Shown: one piece after another, positions 22,699 through 34,053 of the stretch
How the letters are laid out: each line of letters starts with the position of its first letter
Numbering within the stretch: position 1 is the stretch's first letter
The notes under the pieces: model-generated
Told to the model about the DNA's origin: nothing
The model's input: only the letters and a program-made list of their open reading frames with translations
Databases searched by the model: none
Assembly: GCF_003018255.1 (NCBI RefSeq)
Contig: NZ_CP027440.1
DNA from: Escherichia coli
GTDB lineage: Bacteria > Pseudomonadota > Gammaproteobacteria > Enterobacterales > Enterobacteriaceae
Length of the DNA stretch: 64,000 nt
Reading direction: 5' to 3' (one strand)
Translations under genes and position numbers: made by a program

Positions 22699-22830
22699 TC
22701 AAATTATTTTATTAAGTGTAAAACAGTTAACGACTATCGCAGCCTGGAACTGCGATAACAACCCATAAGCACATGGATTTTCCAGCAGTGAATGCTGACG
22801 CTCCAACTGCGCAATCGGTTTCTTTTTCAT
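22699..22830 (-). CDS. yqgB: Small protein YqgB (43 aa)
   Basis: Hand-translated minus-strand [46 protein letters not shown], directly upstream of speA; below the ORF-track length cutoff. Confidence 0.6.
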
Positions 22831-22965
22831 AACATTATTAAGCACATAACCGAACGTAAGTGTGACAGTTCGGCGAAACCACGAGAAAACTCTTGTTTTT
22901 ACAAGAGCGCCCTTGTTCAGTCCTCAGTAGCTGTAACCAGCTCTTGAATCCTGAGAAGCGCCGAG

Positions 22966-23181
22966 ATGGGTATAACATCGGCAGGTATGCAAAGCAGAGA
23001 TGCAGAGTGCGGGGAACGAATCTTCACCAGAACGGTGAGACAGGTTAAGCAGCAGACAACGGTTCATTATTTCGTATCACCTCCACGGCCGCCTGTTAAG
23101 ACGAACCCACAAGCCAAAACTCTGTTTTCAACCCGGCTGGAAGTGGCAACACGAAAGAAACGTCGTGTGCTTTTTATTTAA
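22966..23181 (+). CDS. yqgC: Small hypothetical protein; doubtful as a real gene
   Basis: 71 aa ORF in the speA-metK intergenic region, where K-12 annotation lists yqgC; no independent sequence support. Confidence 0.25.
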   Translation: MGITSAGMQSRDAECGERIFTRTVRQVKQQTTVHYFVSPPRPPVKTNPQAKTLFSTRLEVATRKKRRVLFI

Positions 23182-23444
23182 GCCGCGCGCCGCGTTTTAT
23201 ACCCCACAATGGCAGAAAATTGCAAAAGATAAATACGCAGAATGCCAGCATTGTCAGGAAAAATTTCCAGCCACGTTTTTAACAGAATGAGACACAATTC
23301 AAAAAAAAGTGGAAATCGGGTGAAGAATTGACCTAAAATAGCCATCCAGATGTTAATCCATCCATACCGATTAACACTCAGACTGCCAGTGTTTTTAACC
23401 TGCAGAGTCGTGGTAGGATCCGCTACCACAGAAAATCCACACAA
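23178..23444 (-). CDS. yqgD: Small hypothetical protein; doubtful, overlaps metK promoter region
   Basis: 88 aa ORF, start uncertain; K-12 annotation has yqgD here. Confidence 0.2.
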   Translation of the reverse strand: MCGFSVVADPTTTLQVKNTGSLSVNRYGWINIWMAILGQFFTRFPLFFELCLILLKTWLEIFPDNAGILRIYLLQFSAIVGYKTRRAA

Positions 23445-23484
23445 CAGTTTGAGCTAACCAAATTCTCTTTAGGTGATATTAAAT

Positions 23485-24639
23485 ATGGCAAAACACCTTT
23501 TTACGTCCGAGTCCGTCTCTGAAGGGCATCCTGACAAAATTGCTGACCAAATCTCTGATGCCGTTTTAGACGCGATCCTCGAACAGGATCCGAAAGCACG
23601 CGTTGCTTGCGAAACCTACGTAAAAACCGGCATGGTTTTAGTTGGCGGCGAAATCACCACCAGCGCCTGGGTAGACATCGAAGAGATCACCCGTAACACC
23701 GTTCGCGAAATTGGCTATGTGCATTCCGACATGGGCTTTGACGCTAATTCCTGTGCGGTTCTGAGCGCTATCGGCAAACAGTCTCCTGACATCAACCAGG
23801 GCGTTGACCGTGCCGATCCGCTGGAACAGGGCGCGGGTGACCAGGGTCTGATGTTTGGCTACGCAACCAATGAAACCGACGTGCTGATGCCAGCGCCTAT
23901 CACCTATGCACACCGTCTGGTACAGCGTCAGGCTGAAGTGCGTAAAAACGGCACTCTGCCGTGGCTGCGCCCGGACGCGAAAAGCCAGGTGACTTTCCAG
24001 TATGACGACGGCAAAATCGTTGGCATTGATGCTGTCGTGCTTTCCACTCAGCACTCTGAAGAGATCGACCAGAAATCGCTGCAAGAAGCGGTAATGGAAG
24101 AGATCATCAAGCCGATTCTGCCCGCTGAATGGCTGACTTCTGCCACCAAATTCTTCATCAACCCGACCGGTCGTTTCGTTATCGGTGGCCCGATGGGTGA
24201 CTGCGGTCTGACTGGTCGTAAAATCATCGTTGATACCTACGGCGGCATGGCGCGTCATGGTGGCGGTGCGTTCTCCGGTAAAGATCCATCAAAAGTGGAC
24301 CGTTCCGCAGCCTACGCAGCACGTTATGTCGCGAAAAACATTGTTGCTGCTGGCCTGGCCGATCGTTGTGAAATTCAGGTTTCCTACGCAATCGGCGTGG
24401 CTGAACCGACTTCCATCATGGTAGAAACTTTCGGTACTGAGAAAGTGCCTTCTGAACAACTGACTCTGCTGGTACGTGAGTTCTTTGACCTGCGTCCATA
24501 CGGTCTGATTCAGATGCTGGATCTGCTGCACCCGATCTACAAAGAAACCGCAGCATACGGTCACTTTGGTCGCGAACATTTCCCGTGGGAAAAAACCGAC
24601 AAAGCGCAGCTGCTGCGCGATGCTGCCGGTCTGAAGTAA
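23485..24639 (+). CDS. metK: S-adenosylmethionine synthetase
   Basis: ORF track 23473..24639 trimmed to ATG 23485 (AGGTGA Shine-Dalgarno upstream) giving [32 protein letters not shown] (384 aa). Confidence 0.9.
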
Positions 24640-24654
24640 TCTTTCTTCACCTGC

Positions 24655-24690
24655 TTTCAAAGGCCAGCCTCGCGCTGGCCTTTTTCTTTT
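24655..24690 (+). terminator. metK rho-independent terminator
   Basis: Hairpin ggccagc-ctcg-cgctggcc followed by tttttctttt, about 20 nt after the metK stop. Confidence 0.5.
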
Positions 24691-24974
24691 ACCTCACCGC
24701 GGTGGATAGACATTCACGCCGCATCCGGCAAAAAAACGCCCGCAATAACATCATTCTTCCTCAACACGTTTTACCGCAAATTATCATCACGACTGAAACC
24801 GATTACACCAACCACACCAGCCAAATATTTGTAATATTTTCATATTATTATTCGGCTTTCACAGTTGTTACATTTCTTTTCAGTAAAGTCTTAATTGCAG
24901 ATAACAGCGTTTAATCTATGATGATATAACTCAATTATTTTCATGCACTTAAATCATAACTAAGATAAATGTTA

Positions 24975-24990
24975 GTGTAAGCGATTACAC
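24975..24990. promoter_or_regulatory. GalR/GalS-type operator upstream of galP
   Basis: GTGTAAGCGATTACAC, matching the gal operator dyad pattern GTG-AA-CG-TT-CAC. Confidence 0.45.
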
Positions 24991-24993
24991 TGA

Positions 24994-25009
24994 TGTGATT
25001 TGCTTCACA
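24994..25009. promoter_or_regulatory. CRP (cAMP receptor protein) binding site upstream of galP
   Basis: TGTGA-tttgct-TCACA, perfect match to both consensus half-sites with 6-nt spacer, ~65 bp upstream of the galP ATG. Confidence 0.45.
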
Positions 25010-25072
25010 TCTTTTTACGTCGTACTCACCTATCTTAATTCACAATAAAAAATAACCATATTGGAGGGCATC

Positions 25073-26467
25073 ATGCCTGACGCTAAAAAACAGGGGCGGT
25101 CAAACAAGGCAATGACGTTTTTCGTCTGCTTCCTTGCTGCTCTGGCGGGATTACTCTTTGGCCTGGATATCGGTGTAATTGCTGGCGCACTGCCGTTTAT
25201 TGCAGATGAATTCCAGATTACTTCGCACACGCAAGAATGGGTCGTAAGCTCCATGATGTTCGGTGCGGCAGTCGGTGCGGTGGGCAGCGGCTGGCTCTCC
25301 TTTAAACTCGGGCGCAAAAAGAGCCTGATGATCGGCGCAATCCTGTTTGTTGCCGGTTCACTGTTCTCTGCGGCTGCGCCAAACGTTGAAGTACTGATTC
25401 TTTCGCGCGTTCTGCTGGGGCTGGCGGTGGGTGTGGCCTCTTATACCGCACCGCTGTACCTCTCTGAAATTGCGCCGGAAAAAATTCGCGGCAGTATGAT
25501 CTCGATGTATCAGTTGATGATCACTATCGGGATCCTCGGCGCTTATCTTTCTGATACCGCCTTCAGCTACACCGGTGCATGGCGCTGGATGCTGGGTGTG
25601 ATTATCATCCCGGCAATTTTGCTGCTGATTGGTGTCTTCTTCCTGCCAGACAGCCCACGTTGGTTTGCCGCCAAACGCCGTTTTGTTGATGCCGAACGCG
25701 TGCTGCTACGCCTGCGTGACACCAGCGCGGAAGCGAAACACGAACTGGATGAAATCCGTGAAAGTTTGCAGGTTAAACAGAGTGGCTGGGCGCTGTTTAA
25801 AGAGAACAGCAACTTCCGCCGCGCGGTGTTCCTTGGCGTACTGTTGCAGGTAATGCAGCAATTCACCGGGATGAACGTCATCATGTATTACGCGCCGAAA
25901 ATCTTCGAACTGGCGGGTTATACCAACACTACCGAGCAAATGTGGGGGACAGTGATTGTCGGCCTGACCAACGTACTTGCCACCTTTATCGCAATCGGCC
26001 TTGTTGACCGCTGGGGACGTAAACCAACGCTAACGCTGGGCTTCCTGGTGATGGCTGCTGGCATGGGCGTACTCGGTACAATGATGCATATCGGTATCCA
26101 CTCTCCGTCGGCGCAGTATTTCGCCATCGCCATGCTGCTGATGTTTATTGTTGGCTTTGCCATGAGTGCCGGTCCGCTGATTTGGGTACTGTGCTCCGAA
26201 ATTCAGCCGCTGAAAGGCCGCGATTTTGGCATCACCTGCTCCACCGCCACCAACTGGATTGCCAACATGATCGTTGGCGCAACGTTCCTGACCATGCTCA
26301 ACACGCTGGGTAACGCCAACACCTTCTGGGTGTATGCGGCTCTGAACGTACTGTTTATCCTGCTGACATTGTGGCTGGTGCCGGAAACCAAACATGTTTC
26401 GCTGGAACATATTGAACGTAATCTGATGAAAGGTCGTAAACTGCGCGAAATCGGCGCTCACGATTAA
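25073..26467 (+). CDS. galP: Galactose:H+ symporter (MFS sugar porter)
   Basis: ORF track 25061..26467 trimmed to ATG 25073 (GGAGGG upstream) giving [35 protein letters not shown] (464 aa). Confidence 0.9.
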   Translation: MPDAKKQGRSNKAMTFFVCFLAALAGLLFGLDIGVIAGALPFIADEFQITSHTQEWVVSSMMFGAAVGAVGSGWLSFKLGRKKSLMIGAILFVAGSLFSAAAPNVEVLILSRVLLGLAVGVASYTAPLYLSEIAPEKIRGSMISMYQLMITIGILGAYLSDTAFSYTGAWRWMLGVIIIPAILLLIGVFFLPDSPRWFAAKRRFVDAERVLLRLRDTSAEAKHELDEIRESLQVKQSGWALFKENSNFRRAVFLGVLLQVMQQFTGMNVIMYYAPKIFELAGYTNTTEQMWGTVIVGLTNVLATFIAIGLVDRWGRKPTLTLGFLVMAAGMGVLGTMMHIGIHSPSAQYFAIAMLLMFIVGFAMSAGPLIWVLCSEIQPLKGRDFGITCSTATNWIANMIVGATFLTMLNTLGNANTFWVYAALNVLFILLTLWLVPETKHVSLEHIERNLMKGRKLREIGAHD

Positions 26468-26543
26468 TCTCCTCAGGCTTCCTCCCGTCGTGGAGGAAGC
26501 CACCTCTTGCAGTCATCTTTTCTTCGCTCTATCCTCTGCCGCT

Positions 26544-27041
26544 ATGAAAACATCCCGTCTCCCTATCGCCCTCCAACAGGCCGTTATGCGTCGCCTGCGG
26601 GAAAAACTCGCCCAGGCGAACCTGAAGCTAGGGCGTAACTACCCGGAGCCAAAACTCTCTTACACCCAGCGCGGAACCTCTGCCGGAACAGCCTGGCTGG
26701 AAAGCTATGAAATTCGCCTCAATCCCGTTTTGCTGTTGGAAAACAGTGAAGCCTTTATTGAAGAAGTGGTGCCGCACGAACTGGCACATTTGCTGGTATG
26801 GAAACATTTCGGCCGCGTAGCACCACATGGCAAAGAGTGGAAGTGGATGATGGAAAGCGTGCTGGGCGTTCCCGCCCGTCGTACGCATCAGTTTGAACTG
26901 CAATCCGTGCGCCGCAACACCTTCCCCTACCGCTGTAAGTGCCAGGAACATCAGCTTACCGTACGCCGCCATAATCGCGTAGTTCGTGGCGAAGCCGTCT
27001 ATCGCTGTGTTCACTGCGGCGAACAGCTGGTTGCGAAATAA
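26544..27041 (+). CDS. sprT: SprT-family zinc metalloprotein
   Basis: ORF track 26490..27041 trimmed to the ATG giving [28 protein letters not shown] motif and C-terminal Cys-rich zinc ribbon (165 aa). Confidence 0.85.
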   Translation: MKTSRLPIALQQAVMRRLREKLAQANLKLGRNYPEPKLSYTQRGTSAGTAWLESYEIRLNPVLLLENSEAFIEEVVPHELAHLLVWKHFGRVAPHGKEWKWMMESVLGVPARRTHQFELQSVRRNTFPYRCKCQEHQLTVRRHNRVVRGEAVYRCVHCGEQLVAK

Positions 27042-27135
27042 CCACCTGAACTATCAGGAACTTTCCTGATCTGGCTGATTGCATACCAAAACAACTTTCG
27101 CTACGTTGCTGGCTCGTTTTAACACGGAGTAAGTG

Positions 27136-27843
27136 ATGTACCGTTATTTGTCTATTGCTGCGGTGGTACTGAGCGCAGCATTTTCCGGCCCGGCGTTGGC
27201 CGAAGGTATCAATAGTTTTTCTCAGGCGAAAGCCGCAGCGGTAAAAGTCCACGCTGACGCGCCCGGTACGTTTTATTGCGGATGTAAAATTAACTGGCAG
27301 GGCAAAAAAGGCGTTGTTGATCTGCAATCGTGCGGCTATCAGGTGCGCAAAAATGAAAACCGCGCCAGCCGCGTAGAGTGGGAACACGTCGTTCCTGCCT
27401 GGCAATTCGGTCACCAGCGCCAGTGCTGGCAGGACGGTGGACGTAAAAATTGCGCCAAAGATCCGGTCTATCGCAAGATGGAAAGCGATATGCATAACCT
27501 GCAGCCGTCAGTCGGTGAGGTGAATGGCGATCGCGGCAACTTTATGTACAGCCAGTGGAATGGCGGTGACGGCCAGTACGGTCAATGCGCCATGAAGGTC
27601 GATTTCAAAGAAAAAGTTGCCGAACCACCAGCGCGTGCACGCGGTGCCATTGCGCGCACCTACTTCTATATGCGTGACCAATACAACCTGACACTCTCTC
27701 GTCAGCAAACGCAGCTGTTCAACGCATGGGACAAGATGTATCCGGTTACCGACTGGGAGTGCGAGCGTGATGAACGCATCGCGAAGGTGCAGGGCAATCA
27801 TAACCCGTATGTGCAACGCGCTTGCCAGGCGCGAAAGAGCTAA
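27136..27843 (+). CDS. endA: Periplasmic endonuclease I
   Basis: 235 aa with signal peptide [26 protein letters not shown] upstream of the ATG. Confidence 0.9.
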   Translation: MYRYLSIAAVVLSAAFSGPALAEGINSFSQAKAAAVKVHADAPGTFYCGCKINWQGKKGVVDLQSCGYQVRKNENRASRVEWEHVVPAWQFGHQRQCWQDGGRKNCAKDPVYRKMESDMHNLQPSVGEVNGDRGNFMYSQWNGGDGQYGQCAMKVDFKEKVAEPPARARGAIARTYFYMRDQYNLTLSRQQTQLFNAWDKMYPVTDWECERDERIAKVQGNHNPYVQRACQARKS

Positions 27844-27922
27844 CCTACACTAGCGGGATTCTTTTTGTTAACCCCTACCCCACGCGTACAACCGCGTGGG
27901 GAGACGACGCGGATTTTTAACT

Positions 27923-28654
27923 ATGCGTATCCCCCGCATTTATCATCCTGAACCACTGACCAGCCATTCTCACATCGCGCTTTGCGAAGATGCCGCCAAC
28001 CATATCGGGCGCGTACTGCGTATGGGGCCGGGACAGGCGCTGCAATTGTTTGACGGCAGCAACCAGGTCTTTGACGCCGAAATTACCAGCGCCAGCAAAA
28101 AAAGCGTGGAAGTGAAGGTGCTGGAAGGCCAACTCGACGATCGCGAATCTCCGCTCCATATTCACCTCGGTCAGGTGATGTCGCGTGGTGAAAAAATGGA
28201 ATTTACTATCCAGAAATCGATCGAACTCGGTGTAAGCCTCATTACGCCACTTTTTTCTGAGCGCTGCGGCGTTAAACTGGATAGTGAACGTCTGAACAAG
28301 AAGCTCCAGCAGTGGCAGAAGATTGCAATTGCTGCCTGTGAGCAGTGTGGTCGTAACCGGGTGCCGGAAATCCGTCCAGCGATGGATCTGGAAGCCTGGT
28401 GTGCAGAGCAGGATGAAGGACTGAAACTGAATCTTCACCCGCGCGCCAGTAACAGCATCAACACGTTGCCGTTACCGGTTGAACGCGTCCGCCTGCTGAT
28501 TGGCCCGGAAGGCGGTTTATCGGCAGATGAAATTGCCATGACTGCCCGCTATCAATTTACTGATATCCTGTTGGGACCTCGCGTTTTGCGTACAGAGACA
28601 ACTGCGCTCACCGCCATTACCGCGCTACAAGTACGATTTGGCGATTTGGGCTAA
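27923..28654 (+). CDS. rsmE: 16S rRNA m3U1498 methyltransferase
   Basis: ORF track 27896..28654 trimmed to the ATG giving [27 protein letters not shown] (243 aa). Confidence 0.85.
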   Translation: MRIPRIYHPEPLTSHSHIALCEDAANHIGRVLRMGPGQALQLFDGSNQVFDAEITSASKKSVEVKVLEGQLDDRESPLHIHLGQVMSRGEKMEFTIQKSIELGVSLITPLFSERCGVKLDSERLNKKLQQWQKIAIAACEQCGRNRVPEIRPAMDLEAWCAEQDEGLKLNLHPRASNSINTLPLPVERVRLLIGPEGGLSADEIAMTARYQFTDILLGPRVLRTETTALTAITALQVRFGDLG

Positions 28655-28666
28655 CGGAGAAGAATA

Positions 28667-29617
28667 ATGATCAAGCTCGGCATCGTGATGGACCCCATCG
28701 CAAACATCAACATCAAGAAAGATTCCAGTTTCGCTATGTTGCTGGAAGCACAGCGTCGTGGTTACGAACTTCACTATATAGAGATGGGCGATCTGTATCT
28801 GATCAATGGCGAAGCCCGCGCCCATACCCGCACGCTGAACGTGAAGCAGAACTACGAAGAGTGGTTTTCGTTCGTCGGTGAACAGGATCTGCCGCTGGCC
28901 GATCTCGATGTGATCCTGATGCGTAAAGACCCGCCGTTTGATACCGAGTTTATCTACGCGACCTATATTCTGGAACGCGCCGAAGAGAAAGGGACGCTGA
29001 TCGTTAACAAGCCGCAGAGCCTGCGCGACTGTAACGAGAAACTGTTTACTGCCTGGTTCTCTGACTTAACGCCAGAAACGCTGGTTACGCGCAATAAAGC
29101 GCAACTAAAAGCGTTCTGGGAGAAACACAGCGACATCATTCTTAAGCCACTGGACGGTATGGGCGGCGCGTCGATTTTCCGCGTGAAAGAAGGCGATCCA
29201 AACCTCGGCGTGATTGCCGAAACCCTGACTGAGCATGGCACTCGCTACTGCATGGCGCAAAATTACCTGCCAGCCATTAAAGATGGCGACAAACGCGTGC
29301 TGGTGGTAGATGGCGAGCCGGTACCGTACTGCCTGGCGCGTATTCCGCAGGGGGGCGAAACCCGTGGCAATCTGGCTGCCGGTGGTCGCGGTGAACCTCG
29401 TCCGCTGACGGAAAGTGACTGGAAAATCGCCCGTCAGATCGGGCCGACGCTGAAAGAAAAAGGGCTGATTTTTGTTGGTCTGGATATCATTGGCGACCGT
29501 CTAACTGAAATTAACGTCACCAGCCCAACCTGTATTCGTGAGATTGAAGCAGAGTTTCCGGTGTCGATCACCGGAATGTTAATGGATGCCATCGAAGCAC
29601 GTTTACAGCAGCAGTAA
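28667..29617 (+). CDS. gshB: Glutathione synthetase
   Basis: 316 aa ORF MIKLGIVMDPIANINIKKDSSFAMLLEAQRRGYELHY, ATP-grasp fold. Confidence 0.9.
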   Translation: MIKLGIVMDPIANINIKKDSSFAMLLEAQRRGYELHYIEMGDLYLINGEARAHTRTLNVKQNYEEWFSFVGEQDLPLADLDVILMRKDPPFDTEFIYATYILERAEEKGTLIVNKPQSLRDCNEKLFTAWFSDLTPETLVTRNKAQLKAFWEKHSDIILKPLDGMGGASIFRVKEGDPNLGVIAETLTEHGTRYCMAQNYLPAIKDGDKRVLVVDGEPVPYCLARIPQGGETRGNLAAGGRGEPRPLTESDWKIARQIGPTLKEKGLIFVGLDIIGDRLTEINVTSPTCIREIEAEFPVSITGMLMDAIEARLQQQ

Positions 29618-29725
29618 CCCACCTTAGCGAGAAGGATCTCGTTGAGACTCTGAGTGACAGCGCCCTTCTTTCCACGCATACTGGGCGCTGTTGCTTTTTT
29701 GAACCAGGAAACAGAACCTCTGACA

Positions 29726-30289
29726 ATGAATTTACAGCATCACTTTCTTATTGCCATGCCTGCTCTCCAGGATCCGATTTTCCGTCGTTCCGTGGTCTAC
29801 ATTTGCGAACATAATACCAATGGTGCAATGGGGATCATCGTCAACAAGCCGCTGGAAAATCTCAAAATTGAAGGGATTCTGGAAAAGCTGAAGATCACGC
29901 CGGAGCCGCGTGATGAATCAATCCGTCTGGATAAACCGGTTATGCTCGGTGGTCCGCTGGCTGAAGATCGCGGGTTTATTTTGCATACTCCGCCCTCTAA
30001 TTTTGCTTCCAGCATTCGCATTTCAGACAACACGGTGATGACCACTTCCCGCGATGTGCTGGAAACGCTCGGCACCGATAAACAACCGTCTGACGTATTG
30101 GTGGCTCTGGGCTATGCCTCCTGGGAGAAAGGTCAACTGGAACAAGAAATTCTTGATAACGCATGGCTAACGGCCCCGGCAGATCTGAATATTCTGTTCA
30201 AAACGCCGATTGCCGACCGCTGGCGCGAGGCGGCAAAACTGATTGGTGTGGATATTCTCACCATGCCTGGTGTGGCAGGGCACGCCTGA
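29726..30289 (+). CDS. yqgE: UPF0301 family protein (DUF179)
   Basis: ORF track 29654..30289 trimmed to the ATG giving [29 protein letters not shown] (187 aa). Confidence 0.85.
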
Positions 30290-30705
30290 TGAGTGGAACC
30301 TTACTCGCCTTCGACTTCGGCACCAAAAGCATTGGCGTAGCGGTCGGCCAACGCATTACCGGCACCGCTCGTCCTTTGCCTGCAATTAAAGCGCAGGACG
30401 GTACGCCGGACTGGAACATTATCGAGCGTTTACTGAAAGAGTGGCAGCCTGACGAAATCATCGTCGGTTTGCCGCTGAATATGGACGGCACCGAACAGCC
30501 GTTAACCGCCAGAGCGCGTAAATTTGCCAACCGTATTCATGGTCGTTTCGGTGTTGAAGTAAAGCTCCATGACGAGCGTCTTAGCACCGTGGAGGCACGT
30601 TCCGGTCTGTTTGAACAGGGCGGCTATCGGGCGCTCAACAAAGGCAAAGTCGACTCTGCCTCTGCGGTTATTATTCTCGAAAGCTATTTCGAGCAGGGAT
30701 ATTAA
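30289..30705 (+). CDS. ruvX: Putative pre-16S rRNA nuclease / Holliday-junction resolvase-like (YqgF)
   Basis: ORF track 30163..30705 trimmed to the ATG giving [21 protein letters not shown] (138 aa); TGATG stop/start overlap with yqgE. Confidence 0.85.
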
Positions 30706-30753
30706 GGCGATTTACTAGCGCACAGATTTCTGACAATGTGCTCGTTGTTTCAT

Positions 30754-30850
30754 GTTGGATGCGGCGTAAACGCCTTATCCAACCTACAGTGAGTGCGAAT
30801 TCAAAGTTACGCTTCCCTTGTAGGCCCGATAAGCTTGCGCATCGGGCCTA
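30754..30850. repeat. Pair of REP elements (BIME)
   Basis: ggatgcggcgtaaacgccttatcc and gtaggcccgataagcttgcgcatcgggcctat palindromes between ruvX and yggR. Confidence 0.45.
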
Positions 30851-30878
30851 TTTACAATTCGTATCAGACACAGCAACG

Positions 30879-31859
30879 TCACAAGCGCCCTTCTTTCACC
30901 CGCTGCTGATAACTCTGCTGAAACGTTATCATCCCCACCTGCTGCCCGGTTTGAATAACATGCGGTAACTGGTGGGTTTTCCCTTCACGAATCAAATTCC
31001 CCACCGCGGGTGTGTTAATCAGCAATTCAAACAACGCCACGCGTCCTTCCTGTTTATCCACTTCCAGCTTTTGTGACAACACCGCCCGTAAACTACCTGC
31101 CAGTTGATTACGCACGGGATCTTTTTCCTGCGCCGGAAATGAATCTACCAGTCGCTCAACTGCCTGCGCCGCACCACGCGTATGTAATGTTGCCAGCACC
31201 AAATGCCCGGTTTCTGCCGCCGTCAGCGCCAGACGGATTGTCTCGCTGTCACGCAGCTCTCCGAGCAAAATCACATCAGGATCTTCCCGCAATGCAGCCC
31301 GCAATCCCGATGCGAACGTCATACAATGCAAACCGATTTCCCGCTGCTGGATCAAACATCGCTGGCTTGCATAGAGATATTCGACAGGATCTTCCAGCGT
31401 CAGAATATGCGCATCGGCATGTTGATTGAGATAGCCAACCATCGCCGCCAGCGTGGTAGATTTGCCGCTCCCCGTCGCCCCCGTCACCAGAATCAGGCCA
31501 TTCTCGCTCTTGAGTAATTCCGGCAATACCGGTGGCGCACCAAGCTGTTCGAGCTGTGGACAGTGCGAAGGTAACAACCGTAATGCCAGAGAAATACCTT
31601 GCCGTTGCGCGAACGCACTGCCACGCAACCGCTGGTTTTCCGCCAGCGACACAGCAAAATCCAACTGACCATTCTCCAGCAATATTGTCCGCTGATCGTC
31701 ATCCAGCCACTCCCGCAGTAGCTCTTCGACGTCCGGCGCATCAAACGGCGCAGCTTCCATTCGCCCGCGAATGCGCCATCGTGCGGGCCAGGCGCTGCAC
31801 AGGTGTAGATCCGAGACGTTATGCTTTACACTAAGGGCCACAATTTCTTCCATATTCAT
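30879..31859 (-). CDS. yggR: PilT-like type IV pilus retraction ATPase homologue
   Basis: ORF track 30879..31934 trimmed to the ATG giving MNMEEIVALSVKHNVSDLHL (326 aa); Walker A GATGSGKST. Confidence 0.8.
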   Translation of the reverse strand: MNMEEIVALSVKHNVSDLHLCSAWPARWRIRGRMEAAPFDAPDVEELLREWLDDDQRTILLENGQLDFAVSLAENQRLRGSAFAQRQGISLALRLLPSHCPQLEQLGAPPVLPELLKSENGLILVTGATGSGKSTTLAAMVGYLNQHADAHILTLEDPVEYLYASQRCLIQQREIGLHCMTFASGLRAALREDPDVILLGELRDSETIRLALTAAETGHLVLATLHTRGAAQAVERLVDSFPAQEKDPVRNQLAGSLRAVLSQKLEVDKQEGRVALFELLINTPAVGNLIREGKTHQLPHVIQTGQQVGMITFQQSYQQRVKEGRL

Positions 31860-31876
31860 ACTAAGATCCTCGGAAA

Positions 31877-32581
31877 ATGAACGATATTGCGCATAACCTG
31901 GCACAGGTCCGGGACAAAATCTCAGCGGCTGCAACGCGTTGCGGCCGTTCTCCAGAAGAAATTACGCTGCTTGCAGTCAGTAAAACAAAACCTGCGAGCG
32001 CCATCGCAGAAGCCATTGATGCCGGGCAGCGTCAATTTGGTGAAAACTACGTTCAGGAAGGGGTAGATAAAATTCGCCACTTTCAGGAACTGGGCGTAAC
32101 AGGATTAGAATGGCATTTTATTGGCCCGTTGCAGTCTAATAAAAGCCGCCTGGTGGCAGAGCATTTCGACTGGTGTCATACCATCGACCGTTTGCGCATT
32201 GCTACCCGCCTCAACGATCAGCGCCCGGCAGAACTTCCCCCTCTTAACGTACTGATTCAAATTAATATTAGTGATGAAAACAGTAAGTCCGGGATTCAAC
32301 TGGCTGAACTGGACGAGCTGGCAGCTGCGGTCGCTGAACTACCGCGTTTACGTCTGCGCGGGCTGATGGCAATCCCTGCGCCTGAGTCAGAATATGTAAG
32401 GCAGTTTGAAGTTGCACGCCAAATGGCTGTAGCATTTGCCGGACTGAAAACGCGCTACCCGCATATCGACACGCTCTCTCTGGGAATGTCGGACGATATG
32501 GAAGCCGCCATTGCGGCAGGTAGCACGATGGTTCGTATCGGCACTGCAATTTTTGGTGCGCGTGATTACTCTAAAAAATAA
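31877..32581 (+). CDS. yggS: PLP homeostasis protein (alanine racemase-fold, YggS family)
   Basis: 234 aa ORF MNDIAHNLAQVRDKISAAATRCGRSPEEITLLAVSKTKP, PLP-binding lysine context. Confidence 0.85.
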   Translation: MNDIAHNLAQVRDKISAAATRCGRSPEEITLLAVSKTKPASAIAEAIDAGQRQFGENYVQEGVDKIRHFQELGVTGLEWHFIGPLQSNKSRLVAEHFDWCHTIDRLRIATRLNDQRPAELPPLNVLIQINISDENSKSGIQLAELDELAAAVAELPRLRLRGLMAIPAPESEYVRQFEVARQMAVAFAGLKTRYPHIDTLSLGMSDDMEAAIAAGSTMVRIGTAIFGARDYSKK

Positions 32582-32598
32582 GGAATTAAAGGAACGCC

Positions 32599-33165
32599 AT
32601 GAATACGTTGACTTTCCTGCTTTCAACGGTCATTGAGCTGTATACCATGGTGCTGTTATTACGCATCTGGATGCAGTGGGCTCATTGTGATTTTTACAAC
32701 CCCTTCTCACAGTTTGTAGTGAAGGTAACGCAGCCAATTATCGGGCCACTGCGCCGCGTTATTCCGGCAATGGGGCCAATTGACAGCGCCTCACTGCTGG
32801 TTGCGTACATTCTCAGTTTCATCAAAGCCATCGTGCTGTTTAAAGTGGTGACCTTCCTGCCAATCATCTGGATTGCCGGTTTACTGATTCTGCTGAAAAC
32901 CATCGGCCTGCTGATTTTCTGGGTCCTGCTGGTGATGGCGATTATGAGCTGGGTAAGCCAGGGTCGTAGTCCGATTGAATACGTGCTGATTCAGCTGGCC
33001 GATCCGCTGCTGCGCCCGATTCGCCGCCTGCTACCGGCAATGGGTGGGATTGATTTCTCGCCGATGATCCTCGTTCTGCTGCTGTATGTCATCAATATGG
33101 GTGTCGCAGAAGTCTTGCAGGCGACCGGAAATATGCTGCTGCCGGGGCTGTGGATGGCGTTATGA
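32599..33165 (+). CDS. yggT: YggT-family inner membrane protein
   Basis: 188 aa hydrophobic protein containing two YGGT repeats. Confidence 0.85.
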
Positions 33166-33452
33166 GTGCCGTAACAGTGAATGATGGCGGTCTGGTTTTA
33201 CGGCTCTATATTCAGCCGAAAGCCAGCCGTGATTCTATTGTCGGTTTACATGGCGACGAGGTAAAAGTCGCCATTACCGCGCCGCCGGTTGATGGCCAGG
33301 CCAACAGCCATCTGGTGAAGTTTCTCGGTAAGCAATTCCGGGTTGCCAAAAGCCAGGTGGTGATTGAAAAAGGCGAACTTGGCCGCCACAAACAAATTAA
33401 AATCATTAATCCGCAACAAATCCCGCCAGAAATCGCGGCGTTACTTAATTAG
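33162..33452 (+). CDS. yggU: DUF167 family protein
   Basis: ORF track 33150..33452 trimmed to the ATG giving [24 protein letters not shown] (96 aa); ATGA overlap with yggT stop. Confidence 0.8.
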
Positions 33453-33459
33453 GTATCCT

Positions 33460-34053
33460 ATGCAAAAAGTTGTCCTCGCAACCGGCAATGCCGGTAAAGT
33501 GCGTGAGCTGGCGTCGCTGCTTAGCGACTTCGGTCTTGATATCGTGGCCCAAACAGACCTCGGCGTAGATTCCGCTGAAGAAACCGGCCTGACCTTTATC
33601 GAAAACGCGATTCTGAAAGCGCGCCATGCGGCAAAAGTGACCGGTTTACCGGCAATTGCCGACGATTCCGGTCTGGCGGTAGATGCGCTGGGTGGCGCGC
33701 CGGGTATTTACTCCGCGCGTTATTCCGGTGAAGACGCGACCGATCAAAAGAACCTGCAAAAACTGCTGGAAACAATGAAAGACGTACCGGACGACCAACG
33801 TCAGGCGCGTTTCCACTGCGTGCTGGTATATCTGCGTCACGCGGAAGATCCCACTCCGCTGGTGTGCCACGGTAGCTGGCCGGGCGTGATTACTCGTGAA
33901 CCAGCGGGTACTGGTGGCTTTGGTTATGATCCAATTTTCTTCGTTCCTTCCGAAGGGAAAACCGCTGCCGAACTGACCCGCGAAGAAAAGAGCGCCATTT
34001 CCCACCGTGGTCAGGCATTGAAACTGCTGCTGGACGCTTTACGTAATGGTTAA
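33460..34053 (+). CDS. rdgB: dITP/XTP pyrophosphatase (non-canonical purine NTPase)
   Basis: ORF track 33364..34053 trimmed to the ATG giving [21 protein letters not shown] (197 aa), Ham1 family. Confidence 0.85.
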
